Shown here: piece by piece, positions 57,222-64,000 of the stretch
How positions within the stretch are numbered: the first letter of the stretch is position 1
Layout of the letters: every line of letters starts with the position of its first letter
Source of the DNA: an uncultured Gemmatimonadaceae bacterium
GTDB lineage: Bacteria; Gemmatimonadota; Gemmatimonadetes; Gemmatimonadales; Gemmatimonadaceae
Length of the DNA: 64,000 nucleotides
NCBI GenBank assembly: GCA_963829055.1
Contig: CAWHHI010000020.1
Span: forward strand, 608,001-672,000
Reading direction: 5' to 3'
The notes under the pieces: generated by a model
Told to the model about the DNA's origin: nothing
The model's database searches: none
What the model saw: only the letters and a program-made list of their open reading frames with translations
Position numbers and translations under genes: made by a program

Positions 57222-59255
57222 TCAGGGAACCGCAGCCGGAGATCCCTGCACGTTAGGCTGCTCTGGCACAATGCCTCTCGTGTCGTCAGCCGGAGCTGCA
57301 TCGCGGTCACGATACCAGTAGGCGACCGCCAGGAGGAACAGGCCGGCGAGGAAGTAGCTCGCGACTCGCCATCCGATCACGAGCGATGACGCTTCCGCCA
57401 TCGCCTTCAGCGCCGCGAAGATCGCGAGGCCGAGCCCGACGTGGCGGAGCACTCGGATCCCGCGGTGCCGGCCGATGAAGATCGCCGCGACGCCGACCAC
57501 CGCGTAGTACAGGATCAGCAGGAACGTCGCCGCGTCCGGCGAGTAGGCGTGCGACAGCTCCGTGTTCCCCCACATGAACGTCACCGCTGCGCCGGCGAGC
57601 CTGACAGCTGTCCGCGTTTCCAGCGTGCCCGGGCCCACGTCGAGGAGCTGCACGCGCGACGCGTTCCACGAGACGACGAGCCATGCCGCCGACATCGCCA
57701 ACGCCGCGAGCGACGGCGCGGTCAGGAACGGCGTGTACTGGTAGCTCGGGCGGTCGAGCAACTGCTGGAACGTCCACACCGTCAGGATCGCGAGGCCGAG
57801 CGCGATCGGTACGGCGAGGAGCCGCGTGCGCTCTCGGCGCAGCAGCAGCGACAGCGCCGCCGCGTGCGCGGCGAGCGCCACGCAGGACTCCACTGCCCTG
57901 TCCTCGAGCGCGAACAAAAGCGCGGCGCCGCTCGTGATGCCGCCGACCATGAGGTGCGTGGGACGGACGGCGGGCTGCAGATACGCAGCTGCCGCAGCTG
58001 CCGCCGTCCATCCCAGGGCAACGAGTGTGCGCGCGGTCATCGTGTCGTGAACGCTCGCGAGGGCTACCGCACCTAACGCCAACGGGAGCACCGCCGCCGT
58101 GAACAACGGCTGGCGCGTTCGCGGCCCATCCGCAGGAATGACTTCACCGCGTCCCGCGACGAACACGCTCGCGTACGCCGTCACGGTTCCAAGCGCCGCC
58201 AGGATGAGCAGGTCCGTTGCGGGCGCGCGGTCGATCGCCTGCGCCGCGATCGTTCCGAGAAGCGCGACGATCGCCGACCGACTAATGCGCGCGCCCCACG
58301 TTCCCCGCGTGATGATGAGCGCGGTCCAGGCGATCGCGACGGCGAAGATCGCCGGATAATCCTGCGCGTACGCTTCGAGACTGCGCGGCCCGACTCCCGC
58401 CGCCGACGCCGTGTACAGCCAGCAACCGATGGTTGTCACGGCGACCGCCGTCCGCCAGGCGCGGCCGCGTAGCGCGGCGAGTCCGCAGGCGAGCACCACG
58501 TACCCGTAGATCAGCAGCGCGATGATGCTGCCCGACTCGCGCGACGTCACGAACGGCGCGATGAGCGCTCCGCCAACGCCGACGCTGAACAGCGCCTCCT
58601 CGTCGCCGACCCACGCGAGCACGGCCAGCGCGACCGACGCCGCAGCCGCTGCGCCGAGCGCCACCCACGACGGCACCAATTCGAGATATGGACCCGCGCC
58701 CCACGCATCGACGTGCACGAGTGCGAGCGCCAACGCGAGCAGTGTGCTGCCGAATCGCTTCGAACCGCGCGACCGCACCCGCCATCCAACGACCGCGACC
58801 GCCGCCGCGCCGAGCGCACCGAGGAACACGCGCAGGCCCGGCCCGATCTTGCCGTGGGCGATGGCCCAGCTGAGAAACGCGCCCGCGCCGAGCAGAATCG
58901 TGAGCGACGCCAGGGCGAGCGTTCCGTAGCGACCGATCAGCGATTCGAGGTCGAGCGATGGTCGTTCTGTGCCTGCTCGGCGATCCGCCGTCCGCCGTTC
59001 GGCCTCACGGCGATCGGCCTCGAGCTTCGTGACGATGGCCGGGTCCGCGCACGGTCTCGACCGGGCGCTCGAGCCGACATGGGCGTGGACGCGCGTGTCC
59101 CGTCGAGTCGATCGACGACGTCGCGAAGCGCCCGAACCTCCCGCACGAGGTTGGCGACCGTCTGTTCGAGGAGGTCGAGACGCTCTGGCAAGCGGGGTCG
59201 GGACGGGGAACGCGCGCACTTCGAGCTTCGCGCCGATCGACGGATCGAGGCGCAA
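57222..59255 (-). CDS. DUF2339-like polytopic membrane protein (5' end frameshifted, start uncertain)
   Basis: DLESLIGRYG...GAGAFLSWAIAHGKIGPGLRV; C-terminal WRVASYFLAGLFLLAVAYWY. Confidence 0.75.
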   Translation of the reverse strand: MRLDPSIGAKLEVRAFPVPTPLARASRPPRTDGRQPRAGGSGASRRRRSTRRDTRVHAHVGSSARSRPCADPAIVTKLEADRREAERRTADRRAGTERPSLDLESLIGRYGTLALASLTILLGAGAFLSWAIAHGKIGPGLRVFLGALGAAAVAVVGWRVRSRGSKRFGSTLLALALALVHVDAWGAGPYLELVPSWVALGAAAAASVALAVLAWVGDEEALFSVGVGGALIAPFVTSRESGSIIALLIYGYVVLACGLAALRGRAWRTAVAVTTIGCWLYTASAAGVGPRSLEAYAQDYPAIFAVAIAWTALIITRGTWGARISRSAIVALLGTIAAQAIDRAPATDLLILAALGTVTAYASVFVAGRGEVIPADGPRTRQPLFTAAVLPLALGAVALASVHDTMTARTLVALGWTAAAAAAAYLQPAVRPTHLMVGGITSGAALLFALEDRAVESCVALAAHAAALSLLLRRERTRLLAVPIALGLAILTVWTFQQLLDRPSYQYTPFLTAPSLAALAMSAAWLVVSWNASRVQLLDVGPGTLETRTAVRLAGAAVTFMWGNTELSHAYSPDAATFLLILYYAVVGVAAIFIGRHRGIRVLRHVGLGLAIFAALKAMAEASSLVIGWRVASYFLAGLFLLAVAYWYRDRDAAPADDTRGIVPEQPNVQGSPAAVP

Positions 59256-59398
59256 GCTAGCTCAGCCCGCGTCGAGTGGCGATGGGTCGCCGGTTCGTCA
59301 CAACGTGGCACGCACGGAGCGAAACCGGTCGAACTATTTCGGTGGTGCGTCTGTCCGAGCTAGACCGGCCGACCCTCCCTCAACTCGAGACCGTCCGC

Positions 59399-61834
59399 AT
59401 GGATACGCTGCTTCGCGACCTGCGCTACCTCCTGCGCTCACTGCGCTCAGCCCGCGCGTTCTCGGCGGTTGTCGTGCTCACGATCGCGGTTGCCGTCGGT
59501 GCCAGCACCGCGCTCTTCAGCGTCGTCGATCCGCTGCTGCTCCGCGCCGAGCCGTTCAGGGATGCGGGCAGGTTGATGGCGCTGTGGGAGTCGCCGCCAC
59601 GGGCGGACGGTGGGGTCGCACCGGGAAAGAACGAGGTCTCGCCGGGCACGTTCCTCGACTGGAGCGCCGAGCGTGCGGTGTTCGATGGTGTGGCGGCCGT
59701 CGCGCCGTGGCGGCCGAACCTCACTGGCATCGATGAGCCCACGCGTCTCAACGCGACCGCCGTGTCGCGCGACTTCTTCCAGACGCTGGGCGCCACGCCG
59801 TTGATTGGCCGAGTGTTCGTGCCCGAGGAAGCGACCACGGGCAAGAACTCGGTGGTCGTGCTGTCCTACGACTTCTGGCGGCAGCGGTTCGGCGGCGACT
59901 CGGGGATCGTCGGGCGCGAGATCTCGCTCAACGGTCGGCCGTACGCGGTGGTGGGCGTGATGCCGGAACGCTTTCAGCTTCGGTATCCGCTGCCGCAGGC
60001 GTCGGACCTCTGGCGTCCCATGGTGATCGAAGGAGCGACGGCGACGAATCGTCAGGCGCATTACCTGTATGTCTTCGGACGCCTGCGCGCCGGTGTCTCG
60101 CCGGAGCGCGCGCAGTCCGCGTTGACGGCGCTCGCCGCGCGTCGCGCGACGGATTTTCCCGCGACGAACCGCGGCTGGGGCGCGCGCGTGATCCCGCTGC
60201 GCGACGACATCGCGAGTGACGTGCGGCCGCTGCTGCTCGTTGGATCGGCCGCCGTTGCGCTGGTGTTGTTGATCGCCTGCGCGAACGTGGCGAACCTGCT
60301 GCTGGCGCGCGGTGCGACGCGCGCCCGAGAGGTCGCGCTGCGTACCGCGTTAGGCGCCACTCGACAGCGCATTGTCCGGCAACTGGCGACGGAGAGCGTC
60401 GCGCTCGCGCTCCTTGGCGCGGTGTTGGGCCTGCCGCTCGCGCGCGTGCTCGTCTCCGTGCTCGTGCGATTCGGACCTCCCGCCTTCCAGGCGAACAGCG
60501 AGATCGCGCTCGACGTGCGCGCCGTGATTGTTCGCCGTAGCGCTCGCAATCGTGACCGGCGTTGTGTTCGGGCTTGCGCCGGCGTTGTATGCGGCGCGGA
60601 CATCGGCAGGTGACGCGCTCCGCGAGGGCGGCCGACGCGTGTCGAGCGGGAGAGCCGGCGCGCGTACGCGTGATGCGCTCGTCGCGGTCGAGGTCGCGCT
60701 GGCGGTACTGCTGCTCATCGGCGCCGGCCTAACGCTGCTCAGCTTCTCCCGTCTCCTGCGTGTCGACCCAGGGTTCGATGCACGCAACGCGCTGACGTTC
60801 GAGCTCGGGCTTCCCGCTTCGACATACCAGACGCCGGAGGCCGTCACGCAGGCGCATCATCGGCTCGTCGACGCGCTGCGCGCACTACCGGGCGTGACGC
60901 AGCGCGGGCGCGTCGAGTCATGTGCCGCTCGCGGGCGGCAACATGACGACCGGACTGGAGATCGAGGGGAGGCCCGTCGTGGCGCCGGAGCGTCCGGCAG
61001 AGGTGAACTATCGCGTCACGACGGATGGGTTCACCGCCGCGTCAGGCATGACGATGCGACGCGGTCGGGCGATCGCCGCGAGCGACGCGGCCGGTGGCTG
61101 GCGCGTCGCCACGATCAGCGAGACCGCCGCCGCGCGACTGTTCCCGGGCGAGGATCCGATCGGCCGTCGCGTTCGCGTGTCCGGCGACTCCGCGTGGCTC
61201 GCAGATCGTTGGCGTGGTGCGGGACGTCAGGCACACGTCGCTCGAGAGTGCGCCGGGCGTCGACGTCTACATCCCGGTCGAGCGCGAGCCGTCGAACTAC
61301 ATGCGCTACGTCGTCAGGACGAGCGGTGCTCCCGGCGCGCTGGCGCCAGACGTCAGGCGCGCCGTCCGGGCGTTCGATCCGTCGCTGCCGATCGTGGGAC
61401 TCGAGAGTCTCGAGAGCGTGGTGGCGCGAGCGAGTGTCCCGCGCCGGTTCGCGATGCTGCTGCTCGGGTCGTTCGCGCTCATCGCGGTGGTGCTGGCGGT
61501 GGGAGGGGTATACGCGATGGTCGCCTACGCGGTGAGCCAACGCACACATGAGCTGGCGGTGCGCGTCGCACTTGGCGCGCGCCCGGCGGAGGTCATCCGC
61601 GCGGTGATGACCCGCGGCCTCGGCGCCGTGGCCGTCGGCCTGGGCGCCGGAGTCCTGCTCGCGTTCGCGTTAGGTCGAGCGATCTCCGCCCTGCTCTACG
61701 GCGTGAGCGCGCACGATCCGGCGATCTACCTGGCCGCTCCGGCGCTGCTCGGGCTCGTGGCGGTGGCGTCCGCGTTGCTGCCCGCGTTGCGGGCGTCGCG
61801 GATCGATCCGATCGTCGCGCTGCGGGACGCCTAA
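59399..61834 (+). CDS. Duplicated MacB/FtsX-type orphan permease (frameshifted)
   Basis: [66 protein letters not shown]. Confidence 0.9.
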
Positions 61835-61876
61835 CGCCCTGATCCGCTGGTGCCGCCGTGGCCATGGTTACGGCGG

Positions 61877-62272
61877 CTACCGCGTCAGGATCCGGTTCAG
61901 CACGTCCTTCGCGATCTCCTTGTCGTACTCGACGGCGCTCTTCTTCGCGGTCACTTCGACCTTCGTCGTCGAATCGGTCGATCGATTGAGCTCGGCCGTC
62001 ACTTCGTACTCGCCTTTCGTGCCGATCAGCTTTCGCTGTTCGCCACTGTTCTCCGTACTGCGCCCGGTCTCCGTGATACCAGCCTGCTGGAACGCCGTGA
62101 CGCTGCGGTCGAACACCTGAGTGACGTTGCCGGCGACGACGGACGTCGCGCCGCGGTTCGTGTAAGCGATGGCGCCCGCGGCGCCAGCACCGGCAGCGAC
62201 GAGGAAACAACCACCGGCGGAGAGCGTCGAGACGGCGAGAACAAAGCCCGCGGCGAAGGCACGCGAATGCAT
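61877..62272 (-). CDS. DUF3568-like lipoprotein
   Basis: LSAGGC lipobox followed by AAGAGAAGAIAY; about 131 aa. Confidence 0.65.
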   Translation of the reverse strand: MHSRAFAAGFVLAVSTLSAGGCFLVAAGAGAAGAIAYTNRGATSVVAGNVTQVFDRSVTAFQQAGITETGRSTENSGEQRKLIGTKGEYEVTAELNRSTDSTTKVEVTAKKSAVEYDKEIAKDVLNRILTR

Positions 62273-62352
62273 GGAAGCTCCTGAAGAATCAATGTGGAAT
62301 GGACGGACCACATCGAGCCAATGCGAGAAGTATGCGAGCCGCAATGGCTGCA

Positions 62353-62546
62353 GGACCGGCATCGCGAACGTTCGCGCCTGTCGTGAGTGATCAGTGCGTG
62401 AGTCGTCGGTCATCAGTCATCAGTCGAGTCGCCAGTAGCAGCAATGGCGGTTCGTAGCCGTTCGCCAGGCGGGACTGAAAACTGATGACTAACGACTGAT
62501 TGCTCACGACGTGTTACTGGTGCGACCGACCGCGATGCCGGCCAAA
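62353..62546 (-). repeat. Copy 2 of ~195 bp palindromic intergenic element
   Basis: Reverse complement shares TTTGGCCGGCATCGCG, CACCAGTAACA, TTTCAGTCCCGCCTGGCGAACGGCT, GACTCGACTGATGACTGATGACCGACGACTCACG and ACTCACGACAGGCGCGAACG with copy 1. Confidence 0.85.
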
Positions 62547-62557
62547 TCAGTGGTGTC

Positions 62558-63490
62558 TCACTTCGACCAGAGCAGCATGACTCCACAAGCGGCGCCTGAG
62601 ATGCGGTATCGCGTTGGCACCGTCGCGCCCGAGTAATACTCGACGCCCGCGAGATCCCAGGTCGAGATGATGTCGAAATCCGCCTCGTCGAGCAGAATGT
62701 CGTCGAGGTAGGTCTGCACGAGACACGGCTTGCTCGACGTGCACGAACTGGCTGAGGTCGCGGTGCCGATTGGCGGATCGTTCGAAGAGGCCCCTTGTCC
62801 CGCGCCACCGCTCCCCGACACGCCTGTGGGCGAGCCGCCCGTCGTGGCTCCGCCGCGACCGCCGCTTCCGCCGCCCTTCGCGCCTGGCTTGATCGCCTCC
62901 GACGGTGAGCTCCCGACGCCGCACGAGCCGCGCACGCTGGCAATGTGGGGGCGACCATCGCCGTCATGGACCACGCGCAGTCCGGGGAAGCGACTCATCG
63001 CCACGACACCGAAGTCGCGACTTCCTTCCTTCTCCAGCTGATCGACCGTCATGAATTTCCCGAGGCCGATCCGCCGTCGCGCCTCGAAGTCGCGGAGCCG
63101 CGACGCACCGGCCGCTTTGACTTCCACCGCCTCCATTGTCACGGCCGTGCGTTCGAGTTGGAACACGATTCCGGTGGTATCGCCCTGGAACGGCAGCATT
63201 GTATCGGCGGCAGCGTAGCCGAGGAAGCGGACGCGGATGCGGTGGCTTCCGACAGGGATGCCGGGGAGGTGCGCCTCGCCCAACGCATCGGTGCGACCAC
63301 TGCGGCCGAGCTCCGGGAAGATCACCTCGGCACCCTGCAGTGCCTGGCCACTCCCAGCGTCCGCTACGCCGACAACCAGCACGGTGGTCGGCGTTTTGAC
63401 GTTCGCGACCTGACATGGCGCGACGGCTGGAGCGGCGAACAGCAGGGCGCCCGCGACGCCCGCGACAATGGCGTGGACCTTTGCATCCAT
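62558..63490 (-). CDS. Exported protein: carboxypeptidase-regulatory-like domain + TonB-plug-like domain, no beta-barrel
   Basis: Signal peptide; GQALQGAEV...TDALG...RVRFLGY; DFEARRRIGLGKF; LAGVEYY...CGVMLLWSK. Confidence 0.65.
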   Translation of the reverse strand: MDAKVHAIVAGVAGALLFAAPAVAPCQVANVKTPTTVLVVGVADAGSGQALQGAEVIFPELGRSGRTDALGEAHLPGIPVGSHRIRVRFLGYAAADTMLPFQGDTTGIVFQLERTAVTMEAVEVKAAGASRLRDFEARRRIGLGKFMTVDQLEKEGSRDFGVVAMSRFPGLRVVHDGDGRPHIASVRGSCGVGSSPSEAIKPGAKGGGSGGRGGATTGGSPTGVSGSGGAGQGASSNDPPIGTATSASSCTSSKPCLVQTYLDDILLDEADFDIISTWDLAGVEYYSGATVPTRYRISGAACGVMLLWSK

Positions 63491-63609
63491 GGCGCTGACC
63501 AACCCGGTTCCGATCGCTCGATGATGTGTTGGTGCGCGACGAATCGCCAGCGGGCAGCGTGGCCGGCGTCAGAAATGGCGCGAGTGGTCCCGGTCTCGCA
63601 CGCCGAGAA

Positions 63610-64000
63610 TCAGCCGACGACGCCCAGTCGTCGCTCGAGCTCTTCCCGCCGCGAGCGACTCACGCGAAGCCGCACCCCGCTCTTGAGCTGCACCTCGTAG
63701 TCGCCACCCGCGCCACGGTGAAACGTGTCGATGAGATCGACGCGGACGATGATCGAGCGATGGATGCGCAGGAATCGATTCGGATCGAGCCTCTGCTCGA
63801 GCGTCTGGATCGCTTCGCGAATGAGATAGGCGCGCTCGCTCGTGTGGAGCTCGACGTACGGACCGCTCGCGGTGATGTACTCGATCTGCGAGACGGGAAC
63901 GACGCGAACCTTTCCGCGCATCTCCACCGCGATGCGCTCGAGATACGCGCTCGTCGTTGCGCGGTGCGGGCAGCACCGGGCTGCGCGCCATCGCCGGTCC
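63610..64000 (-). CDS. LytTR-family response regulator (5' truncated by window edge)
   Basis: IEYITASGPYVELH, LEQRLDPNRFLRIHRSIIV, LRVSRSR. Confidence 0.9.
   Translation of the reverse strand, partial: DRRWRAARCCPHRATTSAYLERIAVEMRGKVRVVPVSQIEYITASGPYVELHTSERAYLIREAIQTLEQRLDPNRFLRIHRSIIVRVDLIDTFHRGAGGDYEVQLKSGVRLRVSRSRREELERRLGVVG

Noticed and set aside
57017..62546. CRISPR array
   Set aside because: The repeats are heptamer-based hairpins without regular repeat-spacer units, and no cas genes are present.

Overview
High-GC (about 68-70% by eye) bacterial DNA. The gene repertoire (PadR plus orphan duplicated permeases, Big_2 lipoproteins, DUF3568, plug-only carboxypeptidase-like protein) suggests Gemmatimonadota; this is inference only. 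Many genes are broken by single-base indels, which look like uncorrected long-read errors, so several gene boundaries are approximate. 1-32.5 kb is a Wzx/Wzy-type exopolysaccharide locus: Wza-like export protein, Wzc, MurJ-like flippase, five glycosyltransferases, polymerase, two AsnB amidotransferases, DegT aminotransferase, acetyltransferases, ATP-grasp enzyme, GT-C transferase and deacetylase. It is interleaved with three surface lipoproteins that share one C-terminal beta-propeller on different stalks; two of these sit behind c-di-GMP-I riboswitches and share a ~1.2 kb near-identical DNA block. 32.7-40.7 kb holds a degenerate JAB/MPN protein, qor, a degenerate hydrolase-like membrane protein and sahR-ahcY with a visible promoter and operator. 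40.9-49 kb is a seven-gene cluster: VWA lipoprotein, PspA/ESCRT-III-like protein, SBP-OmpA fusion, ABC permease and ATPase, membrane coiled-coil protein, AAA+ ATPase. 49-64 kb holds PadR/permeases, an aminotransferase, a VanZ protein, a cyanophycinase fusion, DUF2339, DUF3568 and a partial LytTR regulator. Two non-gene signals stand out: a non-palindromic motif CGTTAGG(C) iterated about 50 times on both strands, and several heptamer-based intergenic hairpin elements, two of which are copies of the same ~195 bp element.
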